NCBI GenBank assembly: GCA_002633005.1
Contig: NMRA01000430.1
Span: forward strand, 275,926-339,925
DNA from: Phoronis australis
Lineage: Eukaryota; Animalia; Phoronida
DNA: 64,000 nucleotides
Direction: 5' to 3'
The notes below the pieces were generated by a model that saw nothing but the letters and a program-made list of their open reading frames with translations, was not told the origin of the DNA and ran no database searches. This document shows positions 38,601-51,654 of this stretch, in pieces. Position 1 is the stretch's first letter. The number at the start of each line of letters is the position of its first letter. The position numbers and the translations under genes are program-made.

Positions 38601-41600
38601 TAGATTTTATCGACAGAATCGCCTTACTACGATTTATATTTATCTCGTCTACAGCGCCGGCAATAAAACTTTTACCATCAGTTTTATTATTATCTAAATT
38701 ATTTACTGTGTGTAAAATGACAATTGTCGTAAATTTAAGACTATTAATGACTTTACAGATGATTTATGCACATAAGAGTACACTTCGCATATGACGCATC
38801 GTATTGATTAGAAAACGTATCTGTGTCATTCTGTCAGTCGGTCAGTTGGTCGGTCAGAAGTCGGTCAACCTGTCGCACGGTTGGTCTTCCAGGCGGCCAG
38901 TAAGTAACCAGTTTAACTAAAAAAGTAATACACTTGTTCTAGTGAAATTTTCATGAGAAATTGGCAATATGCGACGACCTAGTTCGTTTGATTTTGAAAG
39001 AGAAATATTTAAATGTAGGGAAAAAGAAAACGCTTTTTTTCGTTTAAAACAGAGCTAATTTGACTGTATAATAGGCACACAGTATAACGTTCGGGCACAC
39101 ATGAAGTGCTTCAAATTTATGTTAGCTTTTTGGTATACATGTTTAGTCTTTGCAGTTAGTTGAGGATAAGTGCATTTGGGTATAACCGCATTATCGAGGG
39201 AACAGCAATACAGATGACTGAAATAAAAAGTCAGAAAGTTATTAAAGAGCACGCTTTTTGCCGCGTGGACAAATTACGCTGTCAGTCAGCGTCATTTTCA
39301 GTTCTCTATCCGGGTTATTTTGTGGTTTTCAATTAAAGCTACATTTCGCCCTGTTTAGGTGGTTATAAACGAAAATCAAATTAGGCCTCGTAAAATAGAT
39401 GTCGTAATATCCGGTACTGTGATAGGATTCCATTTCCGTAATCAAATAAAGACAGAGGCAAAAAACACACATGCACCATTCTTGAATTCGCACATCCGGG
39501 TTGGCCAACCCTGATAAACCCTGAAGCCTTTTCTTGAATCACTGACGGTTTCGATGTTTTGCTGGTAACTTGAGCAGAATTCTATCACGGTAAGGAATGT
39601 TGAGACCGATTTTCTTTTGTAGTCAGCTAAACAGGGCGAAATGCACCTTTAAGCGACTTTTTTAATGATGCCAAATTTGCTATCATAGGCATGACATTGG
39701 TTGTGTTCGGAGCGAAAAAAAGCTATGATAATGGAAGCAGACGTAAGCAACAGCTGTTAGAGATGAGGCGTCAAAGAAATGTACAGATGACCTTGACCTA
39801 CCTAGCCACGGCCATTCGTCCACCTCCAAAGTGTCACACAGCGACGTCTCGTGGAAGCTGCTGTTGTAGGATGACAAGGTTTGTACAACATTTCCTCTGT
39901 CAACGAACTTTATGCAAAAATAAAGGACCGGGCTGGAATACAAAATCCGTCAAATAAAGTTGCCGTCACAGCAAAACCAAGACATTTAAAGTGGCAATAG
40001 ACCTGCGTGCCGTCGAACTTGGGAAACTGACATCGGATAAAGACCGTAGATCGTTACAAAATTGTCTACTTGTTGCTTACTCAGATGACTAGTGGGTTGT
40101 TTACTTTCGAAGACAGTTCGTTTTTATTTGGAGACCATGCTTGGCGAATATGACACGCCGTGAACTGTAAATTGTGTTGTAGGACCTAATCTCAAGTAAC
40201 AAGTGAGTCGAGCTGGAGCCTATTTTAACTAAGTAAAAAGAATGTGAGACGAATTTCATAACAGTAGGGGTCTAAATCAAAATTTGGCTTTGGTCACGCA
40301 AGGCAGGTCTGTTGGCGTTAATTTAAAGGGATACCAAACTCGGTTTTGGCCTACTAACAGATGTTGAAATCGACTTTCCGATTCAGTTCCCTGAAACAAA
40401 GTAATGCTTTGTAACCCTCTACAAACCTCAAAATTTTGGAGCAAAATTGGAAAACTCTTTACGAGCGACAATAATTGAAGGGAAAGACCACCCACCAAGA
40501 ATCATAATATCCAATTTGTGACTCAGAGAGTGTGAATTTTTACTTGAATTCTGCTTTTAATACTCAATTGGCACGCCAGTGATGCACTAGCAGGTGACAG
40601 AACGAGGACTGATTGAAATCCGCCAAAACAAGGTTTAGTACCCTTTTAAACGACGATGTTTTTGCACAGTCAGTAGTTGCCTAAGCTTTTGATCAGGCTT
40701 CAATTTAACTTTGCGTCTACGTTCAAGTTCCCAACAGGCTGCTTCCACCCGGTACCCGGCAGCCAATCACAGGGTTATATTCAGACTAACATTTGACACA
40801 AAGTCAGTCAAAGATAGTAAACGTTTCACTTGAACAGAACATAAGCCGATGTATGATGGATAAATATTTCCCCCGAGGTGCTATTATGAACAGGCGCACG
40901 ATATCGGGCAATTTCAACCCATGATTAACGATTAGCAATTATTCTGTTGTTATTACGCAGTTCAGATAGCATTTATAGGTGTCTTATTGCCAATGAGTGG
41001 AATTCAGTAACCAGCACAAAGCAATGGTCAACAAACTGTACGGTTGTGTAGGATTTCAGATGACACCTGGGACTATTTTACGATGATTTGATTCAAATGT
41101 ACTTTCTTTTGTCAACATTTGCTTAAAGTACATTTGTACTCCAAAACCAGATTTATTTCGTCACATAATATCTCGATTAGTGTGCCACAGTATGAGGTAA
41201 ATCTAGAATTTTCCTTAATGCGGTTTTAAATTTATCATCCGTTAGAGAAACAACTTTTTATTTAGATCACTTAACCTTGTCAAACGAATTAAGACCACAG
41301 ATTTATAACGGTAAGTGTCTTAAATAAAAGGTCAGTTTTAATTACGGATTTACAGCTGCTTTAAATTAAAATTAACTGTGTTGTAACTTCTTGCGTTGTA
41401 GCCAAAAAGTTCATATTCGAGGTACTCAAAACGTTTACTTGAGCCAACGTCAAAAAACAAGTAAACCGAGAAACGTAATTAAACCCGTTAAAACATATAA
41501 GTGACATTGTGCGGCAATGAAAGCATTTCGTTTTCAAAAGGATTTAAATTATTAATTGATTAATTAGAGGTGCCTTTTCATAATGTCAGACAAAATGTGA

Positions 41601-44600
41601 ATGAAATGGTCTTCGTTCAAAGCTGATGAAAAATCAAGAAAAAGTCGAAAATGACTTAGACACGTATAGATCCTTCAACGAGTTTAAAGCGGCATTTAAC
41701 TTAACCCGTGGTTTCTGACAAAAAGGTTTTGATTTCGGCCACTTACCGTTACGAAATTTGTTCCGTAGCCAAAATACGTGTGTTTTGGACTTGCAAAGAA
41801 CAGGTGATTGGTCATTTCTTCAGACTAAACCCAAAACGTTCCAGGTCACGCAGTGACCTAAAATTTTATGAGCTTGGTCTGAGGAAATAACGAACAGTCA
41901 ACTCCTCCCAAGCCCAGAGATCACTTCTAAAATGAGAAAGCAAAAAATAAAAACAGTTTTATAACGGTAGCTGGTCTAAATTTAAACCTGTTTGTAAGAA
42001 AGCATGAGTTTAATGCCGATTTAATTCGACCAAAGCCTCCAGCGTACAGTTTTCGACAGAAAGAATTTGCTGGAGATACAATTCCGTGATTGATTTGTTT
42101 TCAGTTTTTGGTGGAAACCGCAATTGAGATCGAACTTGAGACTTATGCATTCAACGTATTGGCATTTCGGGTAAAACCAAATATCCTACGGCGCTCATTC
42201 CGTTTCGGACGCCCGGCTAATAACTCACTTGTTTTCCTGGAAATGTTGGACCAAAAAGGTATCCCTTGCTTGCCTTCGAACACATTTCCTTTCGTAAAGC
42301 TTCATATCATCATCGTCAGTGAGTTTGCGCACTTCATATCTATCACCCGTTACGTGTATGTTGATTTCCTCAATGTATCTGTACATGTTTTCGCTGTCGT
42401 ACTTTCTCATTGTGATCCACGGTAGCACGATATTTCGTGATCGTTCACTTTGAACAAAGTCTGGGAACTCACATTCACTCTGCACCACGCCTACAGGAAG
42501 CAATCAATTCATAAATAAATAAATTAATTAATTTATACTTATACATATACTTATACACATATCATGGGCGCACCCAGTGGGGACTCGGGGAACGAGCCTT
42601 CCCAATTTGGCGAATTGGGCAAAAAAGGTCCGCCTCAGCGAAATAAAAAGTCCGAGCAAACGAGACAAAAGTCCACAAAGTCCACAGGAATTATGCGTGG
42701 ATGCACAATTCGTAGGCCTGAATCTACTGGCCCGTTTTTTAGTCCCCGTTGATTTTTGCCGGTAAAAGGTCCGCATACCGAAAAATTTGAGTCCCCCTAT
42801 ATTTTAGGCTGGGTGCGCGCATGCATATAAACCGGAGACACTCAAAAGGCAAAAACCGTACAATTCAATAGAATACAATGTAATGCAATACAAGTAAACC
42901 ATAGAAAATATAAGACCCGTAATTATTAGTTACTATCCATACATTTGACATGCGATTGGAAGATTGAAATACGGAATAAATGCACAAAACGTACCGAGAG
43001 TGGCGTACATGAAGTATCCCAGGAGACATTATTCCGCAGAATAATGTGCAGTGTGGTGTTACTACATGTACGCCAATGGAGGTACGTTTTGTACTGATCC
43101 CATACGCTTCGAATTCACAAGTTTCTTTCATTTTTCCGCAGATTTTTAACTACTTCACTCAGACTGTTCACGTGAAGAATCACATCCTACATGTATGTAC
43201 TTGCGCGTTAGGCTGCAAGTTTTGTCTAGTAAAAGAAACAGTTTTAAATGTGACGATTTATTACTTGAAAAGAGATAATGAAGAGGAAAACAAGGGTACG
43301 TTTTCATTGAACGTGCAACATCTCCTGAAAATAGTTGAATAACAACAATATTTGATATTGTACTTACTTACCGAGGAATGGACACCTGAGTTGCAGACAA
43401 TATAATAGTTAGCAAAAGAAAACTAAGACAGAACTGTCGTATAATCAACAGTCCTGTCCTAGATGTTACGATTAGGTACCTTGAAGGTACAAGTATCAAG
43501 GTGCCTAAACTACACGGTCAACGGACTCATAAACATGGGCACGGACGCATGAGCACGACTCACGGACCTGCAAACACCGTCCACTGACTCACAAACACAG
43601 GAAGAGACTCACAAAACACTATTCACGCACCCAAATACACGTGACACGGACTCATATTCACGAGGAAACACGGTTAACGGACCGCCAAACACGGGTCACG
43701 GACTCATCGGCTTCCTGGGTCAGCTGACATCTCCATTTTGTCCGTAAACCGTGTTTGGCGGTCCGTTAACGGTGTTTCCTCGGGAATATGAGTCCGTGTC
43801 TCGTGTATTTGGGTGCGTGGATCGGGTTTTGTGAGTCCGTTCCCGTGTTTGTGAGTCAGTGGACGGTGTTTGCAGGTCCGTGAGTCGTGTTCATGCGTCC
43901 GTGGGCCGTGTTAATCCGTTAACCGTGTACGTGTAGTTTAGGTACCTTGAGTATGCGTGATTTTTCACCGCTTGTCCTTCTGAGGGTCTTTTACCAGGTT
44001 CAAACAGAGCGCGGCGCCAGAGTCGGACTCAGTTGCGATGACCGCATTGTCCGGTGCGAGCAAGACCCAATTAAACGTAATTACCGACCATAAACTGTAG
44101 AAAACGTCCCTGCCTGTACATACTGGGGAATTTTTGAAATGCATTAACCAACAGTTTTCGTTAAAAACAAATCTCACAGCGGTATTCAGATGAAAAAATC
44201 AGCCAAGTTTCGTTTTCGATTTTTAAAAATCTATGAACTATTAAGCTAAAAACTACGAACATTGGGTACCATTGAAGATAAACGACTGTTGGGTATTGAT
44301 ATACACGGTGGATTTACAAACGCTGATCAGAGTTAACAATATCCCGTGGATTATTCTTTTCATATACAACTAAGTTACTTTGAAACATCTATAAACAACA
44401 CACGGTGACTGAATTAGATATCAATAACTTTTAAAACATCGGTTATGGTCCAGTGCATGCTGAACTAATTTACTCGAGGAGTAGTACACTAACCGGAAAA
44501 CTAATATTCGCGGAAATGCGCCAATTTCGATAGTTAGCTTGTAGTTGTAATGGAACACGTGTGAAAACAAAAAGATGGTTAGCTTTGTAGTCAACGAGAG

Positions 44601-47600
44601 AGTAAAAGCAGTGGATGGGGTTGGTCATTGGGCAAGAGCTGTGATTTCATTTTTTATGACTGAGAAAAAACTAGAATAGTTACGTAGTTACTGCAACCAA
44701 TATTGTCCAGAGGTTCCAAATCCTCAGTTTGGCTATCGCCATATTTCCATTTCTGTATATATTTTGTGATTTGAGTTCTAATAAAGATTGAACTTGAGCT
44801 ATAACACGTGTAGTTTTGTTTGCTGTTACATGTTCGGTGTAGCTGTAATCTGGAAAATTAAGGGATGGGTTCACAATTAACTGACTTCTAAGTTGTTTTG
44901 GTACTTCGTTTAAAAACAAAACAAAAAGATAGCAACCCTAACCGGTAAGAAAAAAACAAGTAGACAGGAGTATTAAAATAAGGTAACGAAAATGGTATGA
45001 AACATATTTAAAACCAACATTCCTTTGGGAAGTGGTCCTTTGTCAAGATCAACGCAAATTAACTTTTTAGTTTTTTTGTAATATTTAAAATGTACCAAGT
45101 TAAAACTACACTCCACATTGCAGGCTTTAACTCTGTGCAAATACCAGAGAAAAACAATTTGGGTGTAATAACAAACAACCACCATTGTCAAGAAACTAGT
45201 GCTACATCTACTATACCTTCCACTTCTTTACCTCAGATCAACATCAATACAAATGGAATAGACATCATAAAAGTTGTCTAAGGCTCAATGAATCAGAGGG
45301 GTGAGCAGCGTAAGCGAGAAATTTTCCACATGACTGTTTTCGAAACGACGACAGACTTTCTCTGTTATCGAACTCAAAAGGCGGAGAATTACGCTAGAAA
45401 ATGGCGTTCATTAGATCGTTTTTCACTGGCTCAAACGGCTGGCAACGAACAAGGTGAGAAGCGGAATTGTCTCCCAGATTTTGAAGTACTCATACCCGGC
45501 CTGTATGGAATTTCGTGGTCTAACAGATCTCAATTCACAGTGTTGATGCTGTATTTTGGCGACAGTCACTTCAGACAGCTAGCTGGCTGGCTACAGTTAA
45601 GATCTGCTGTGCGCACTTCGACGTTTCGTCAAAGATTTAATAGTTCTTTGGTTTCGTGTTACTGTTCCGGCCCAAATCAGAATATTCTGATTTGGGTCGT
45701 TCCCGTAGGCCTAACGGAATTCAGACACTGGCGGCCCATATCGGAATATATTTTTTGATTGAATTCAAAACGTTCAGTTGATTACAAATCCTTATAATTC
45801 GATATGTTTTCATGCAATCCAGACTTTGTTTCATGGCGTTTTATTACAGATACTCAAAACGTTGTGTTGCTATAAAATTTTCAATCTTTTGAGGTTGATC
45901 GAGTCAAAATGGCGGCGACTACTGGTTGCAGGGCGAATTATTTTGAAAATTAAGTTTCTAATATAAAATTTTCAATGAATTTGAATATAATTGCTTTGTA
46001 CGAAAAGATTAAGCTAATATGTGTTGTAACGTTTCCACGTATTTGGCACCAAATCAAACGACCTATTGTCGTCGATTCCAATACGAGACACACCCGGCCG
46101 ACAGCGACCCGCATCGGAATCGCGCAGCTTTCACACCTTCGGCTTTAAAGGCGAAGGCAACCCTTTTTCATGTCATTTTGAGCTAAAATAATATGGGTTG
46201 GTTATCCTAGACATATTTTCCACTTAATTACAGCTTTTCGTAATTTTATTAATTACTCGTCCGCTACTCCGGAAGTGACGTGTTAGGAGGCAAGCGTTTC
46301 CCGCCACTTGGTTTTGCGTTGACTTTACCGTGCGAATCTGTTCTATTCTACTTTTGTTTTGTGCTGTTTTTCAACAATTGTCGCCACCACTTTCCATCGG
46401 CGAGTATTCTGCGGCAAGATAGGTTAGTAGAGAACTCAACTATGTTGGATTTAGGGATTGTTTAGTGTTTTGTAAGCTGAAAATGGCTGTAGTCGGTGAC
46501 CCGTATCACAGTGACAGTAGTGTGAGTGACGGAGACCTTGTTCACAGCAAGTTCCTGAACTGATGAGCCGGAAATGTGAGTACGGAAATAACCGATGACA
46601 GCCGGTAATTATACGCTCGCAGAGAAGGGACAAATACTGTTAAAAAATCGCTTTTGGCAAGAAAGGCGAAAAGAATATAAAGAAAGGGTGTCGAAAATAA
46701 GATTTTATGTAGTAAGTATTTTCGGATACTGGAACCACATGGGCAGTTTGAGAGNTTACTATTCATACATTTGACATGCGATTGGAAGATTGAAATACGG
46801 AATAAATACACAAAACGTACCGAGAGTGGCGTACATGAAGTAATATCCCACGAGACATTATTCCGCAGAATAATGTGCAGTGTGGTGTTACTACATGTAC
46901 GCCAATGGAGGTACGTTTTGTGTTGATCCCATACGCTTCGAATTCACAAGTTTCTTTCATTTTTCCGCAGATTTTTAAATACTTCACTCAGACTGTTCAC
47001 GTGAAGAATCACATCCTATATGTATGTACCTGCGCGTTAGGCTGCAAGTTTTCTCTAGTAAAAGAAACAGTTTTAAATGTGACGATTTATTACTTGAAAA
47101 GAGATAATAATAATAAAGAGGAAAACAAGGGTACGTTTTCATTGAACGTGTAACCGTTGACATCTCCTGAAAATAGTTGAATAACAACAATATTTGATAT
47201 TGTACTTACCGAGGAATGGACACCTGAGTTGCAGACGATATAATAGTTAGCAAATGAAAACTGAGACAGAACTGTCGTATTATACCAACAGTCCTGTTCT
47301 AGATGTTACGATTAGGTACCTTGAAAGTACAAGTATCAAGGTGCCTAAACTACACGGTCAACGGACTCATAAACATGGGCACGAACGCATGAGCACGACT
47401 CACGGACCTGCAAACACCGTCCACTGACTCACAAACACAGTAAGAGACTCACAAAACACGATTCACGCACCCAAATACACGGGACACGGACTCATATTCA
47501 CGAGGAAACACGGTTAACGGACCGCCAAACAGACGGGTCACGGCCGGGACTCATCGGCTTTCTGGGTCAACTGACATCTCCATTTTGTCCGTAAACCGTG

Positions 47601-50600
47601 TTTGGCGGTCCGTTAACGGTGTTTCCTCGGGAATATGAGTCCGTGTTCCGTGTATTTGGGTGCGTGGATCGTGTTTTGTGAGTCCGTTCCCGTGTTTGTG
47701 AGTCAGTAGACGGTGTTTGCAGGTCCGTGAGTCGTGTTCATGCGTCCGTGGGCCTTGTTAATCCGTTAACCGTGTAGTTTAGGTACCTTGAGTATGCGTG
47801 ATTTTTCACTGCTTGTCCTTCTGAGGGGCTTTTACCAGGTTCAAACAGAGCGCGGCGCCAGAGTCGGACTCAGTTGCGATGACCGCATTGTCCGGTGCGA
47901 GCAAGACCCAATTAAATGTAATTACCCGACCATAAACTGTAGAAAACATCCCTGCCTGTACATACTGGCGAATTTTCGAAATGCATTAACCAACAGTTTT
48001 TGTTAAAAACAAATCTCACAGCGGTATTCAGATGAAAAAAACAACCAAGTTTCGTTTTCGATTTTTAAAAATCTATGAACTATTAAGCTAAAAACTACGA
48101 ACATTGGGTACCATTGAAGATAAATGACTGTTAGGTATTGATATACACGGTGGATTTACAAACGCTGATCAGAGTTAACAATATCACGTGGATTATTCTT
48201 TTGATATACAACTAAGTTACATTGAAACATCTATAAACAACACACAGTGACTGAATTAGATATCAATAACTTTTAAAACATCGGTTATGGTCCAGTGCAT
48301 GCTGAACTAATTTACTCTAGGAGTAGTACACTAACCGGAAAACTAATATTCGCGGAAATGCGCCAATTTCGATAGTTAGCTTGTAGTTGTAATGGAACAC
48401 GTGTGAAAACAAAAAGATGGTTAGCTTTGTAGTCAACGAGAGAGTAAAAGCAGTGGAAGAGTTTGGTCTTTGGGTAAGAGCTGTGATTTCATTTTTATGA
48501 CTGAGTAAAAGCTAGAATAGTTACGTAGTTACTGCAACCAAAATTGTCCAGAGGTTCCAAATCCTCAGTTTGGCTATCGCCATATTTCCATTTCTGTATA
48601 TATTTTATGATTTGTGTTCTAATAAAAATTGAACTTGAGCTATAACACGCGTAGCTTTGTTTGCTGTGACATGTTTGGTGTAGCTGTAATCTGGAAAATT
48701 CAGGGATAGATTCACAATTAACTGACTTCTAAGTTGTTTTGGTACTTTGTTTAAAAACAAAACAAAAAGATAGCAACCCTAACCGGTAAGAAAAAAAAAC
48801 AAGTAGACAGGAGTATTAAAATAAAGTAACGAAAATAGTACGAAACATATTTAAAACCAACATTCCTTTGGGAAATGGTCCTTTGTCAAGATCAACGCAA
48901 ATTAACTTTTTAGTTTTTTTGTAATATTTAAAATGTACCAAGTTAAAACTACACTCCACATTGCAGGCTTTAACTCTGTGCAAATACCAGAGAAAACCAA
49001 TTTGGGTGTAATAACAACCACCATTGTCAAGAAACTAGTGCTACATCTACTATACCTTCCACTTCTTTACATCAGATCAACATCAATACAAAGGGCGTGT
49101 TGAATAGACATCATAAAAGTTGTCTAAGGCTCAATGAATCAGAGGGGTGAGCAGTGTAAGCGAGAAATTCTCTACATGACTGTTTTCAAAACGACGACAG
49201 ACTTTCTCTGTTATCGAACTCAAAAGGCGGAGAATTACGCTAGAAAATGGCGTTCATTAGATCGTTTTTCACTGGCTCAAACGGCTGGCAACGGACAAGG
49301 TGAGTGGCGGAATTGTCTCCCAGATTTTGAAGTACTCATACCCGGCCTGTATGAAATTTCGTGGTCTAACAGATCTCAATTCACAGTGTTGATGCTGTAT
49401 TTTGGCGACAGTCTTCAGACAGCTAGCTGGCTGACTACAATTAAGATCTGTTGTGCGCACTTCGACGTTTCGTCAAAGATTTAATAGTTCTTTGGTTTCG
49501 TGTTACTATTCCGGCCCAAATCAGATTATTCTGATTTGTATCGTTCCTGTAGGCCTAACGGAATTCAGACACTGGCGGCCCATATCGGAATATATTTTTT
49601 GATTGAATTCAAAACGTTCAATTGATTACAAATCCTTATAATTCGATATGTTTTCATGCAATCCAGACTTTGTTTCATGGCGTTTTATAACTCAAAACGT
49701 TGTGTTGCTACAAAATTTTCAATCTTTTGAAGTTGATCGAGTCAAAATGGCGTCGACTACTGGTCGCAGGATTTCAAGACGAATTATTTTAAAAATTAAG
49801 TTTCTAATATAAAATTTTCAATAAATTTGAATATAATTGCTTTGTACTAAAAGATTAAGCTAATATGTGTTGTAACGTTTCCACCTATTTTGCACCAAAT
49901 TAAACGACCTATTGTCGCCGATTCCAATACGGGACACACCCTCGACAGCGGCCCGCATCGGAATCGCGCAGCTTTCACACCTTCGGCTTTAAGAACACAT
50001 GAAGTTCCTAACATCAAAGTTTTTAAGCAAATTACACTTTTATAATAAACATTGTGAAATTGCCTGATAACAATTCGGATGAAGCGTTTTGTTTTTCCGG
50101 CTGTTTCGGCGACCCCAGTCACCCTCCCGGGGATTCTCACACGGGCCCTAATTAGAATGTGTGCAAAATAATTGAATAAAAAATTCTAAAGGTAATGATT
50201 TTGATCGATTTTAATATTAACTGACATGAAATGAACAATTGATGTGATTCCTTGATTATCCATTATTTTGCACTAAATTAAACTGCCAGTCACAAGGGGG
50301 CCAACATTTTGTCTGTAAACATTTGCTCCCAGCACGATTGTAGATGCGCATAGCACCGAATGGGGGGAGGTCGGGAGGGGGGTTTGCCCCAATATCTCAA
50401 ATACAACAAATTTATTACGAACTGATTCACAAAATATAAAACATGGAATAAGCATTACAAAAAAGAAGGAGGTTTCGCGCGTAAACGCTGTGAACCATAA
50501 CCAAGTAGGTGTCTTAGTATCAAACTAGGAGTTCAATCGTGGTGGTACAGTGCTAAAGCACGCGCGCTCTAATCGCCAGGCAGACTCGAACTCACGACCT

Positions 50601-51589
50601 GGCGATTAGAGCGCGCGTGCTTTACCACTGCACCACCACGATTGAACTACTAGTTTGATACTAAGACACCTACTTGGTTATGGTTCACAGCGTTTGCGCG
50701 CGAAACCTCCTTCTTTTTGTAATGTTTTTTCATGTTTTATATTTTGTGAATCAGTTCGTAATAAATTTGCTGTATTTAGAATAGTCTTCAACTGCCCAAA
50801 AGACCAAATCCGTTTTTTGGGTTGGCAAAAATGACGCGATTGCTCTTAAGTTAAGGTGTGACAAAGAGAGAATTATGAGTTTCTGAGTGATTCACAAAGG
50901 CTTTGATTAAAATTGACATCTTACCTGCAGCTGTTTTTTATCATCACTCAGATTCCATTTTCTTTAAAAAATGAAGCAATTTTCTTCATTGCACAGTGGA
51001 NATTCCAATACGATGGAGACACGGTGAAAACCAATTCGTTATAACGATGATGTCATAGACTTCGACTGGTGCAAGCGCCATCTCAAGTTTTTTGGCGCTA
51101 AAAGGGGTTCGTGATGGGGCTACTGTATTGTCAAAGGCCAACAGGGGTATGCTATGACACCGTATGTTGATGTTTTTCATCAATACACGTATATTAGATA
51201 TAAGAATAATCGTTTTGGCACCATATTAGGCCTTTAAGGCTAATTAGTTCGAATTTTAACTCAAAATGAGAACTTGAATTAGATATACATGCATAAAGCT
51301 TATTAAGCCATAATGTTCTCGAGCACAGAATAATAGATACTCAGTTAACTTTAGTTAGCACAAAAGTAGAACTAGAAATTGTCAAAAATACTTCCGAGTT
51401 CGATTTCGAGTACCACGGGCCTTCATATGTAAGGGAATTGTACCGCTACATTTCACAAAGACAGTAATTTTAAGACTCCATTTTACAAAACAATCACGGC
51501 AATTCATTGTTCACGTTTTCACGTTCTTAGAATTATCAATAAGAATAGAAAACCTTGTTCAGTTCTATAGGATAAACACCACACACCTG

Positions 51590-51654
<65 letters not shown>

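Larger units (their letters stand above)
42930..49992. repeat. About 3.2-kb direct duplication (42930-46148 vs 46756-49992), probably uncollapsed haplotypes
   Basis: Colinear copies with scattered SNPs and indels. A single N at 46755 lies immediately before copy 2. Confidence 0.85.

Noticed and set aside
43510-43710. CRISPR-like periodic repeats
   Set aside because: The units are contiguous with no unique spacers and are mirrored as an inverted arm; the context is eukaryotic with no cas genes.
45288-45758. 156-aa ORF (and its 116-aa counterpart at 49134)
   Set aside because: It is frameshifted between the two copies, has no recognisable motifs and lies in repeat-like intronic sequence.
46560-46574. 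CTGATGA-GCCG-GAAA hammerhead-like core
   Set aside because: There is no room for a stem II and no stems I or III; chance match.
50570-50645. Functional amber-suppressor tRNA (CTA in the anticodon position)
   Set aside because: The anticodon and T stems are poorly paired and the 3' end is formed by the fold-back. It is better explained as a degenerate tRNA or SINE head.
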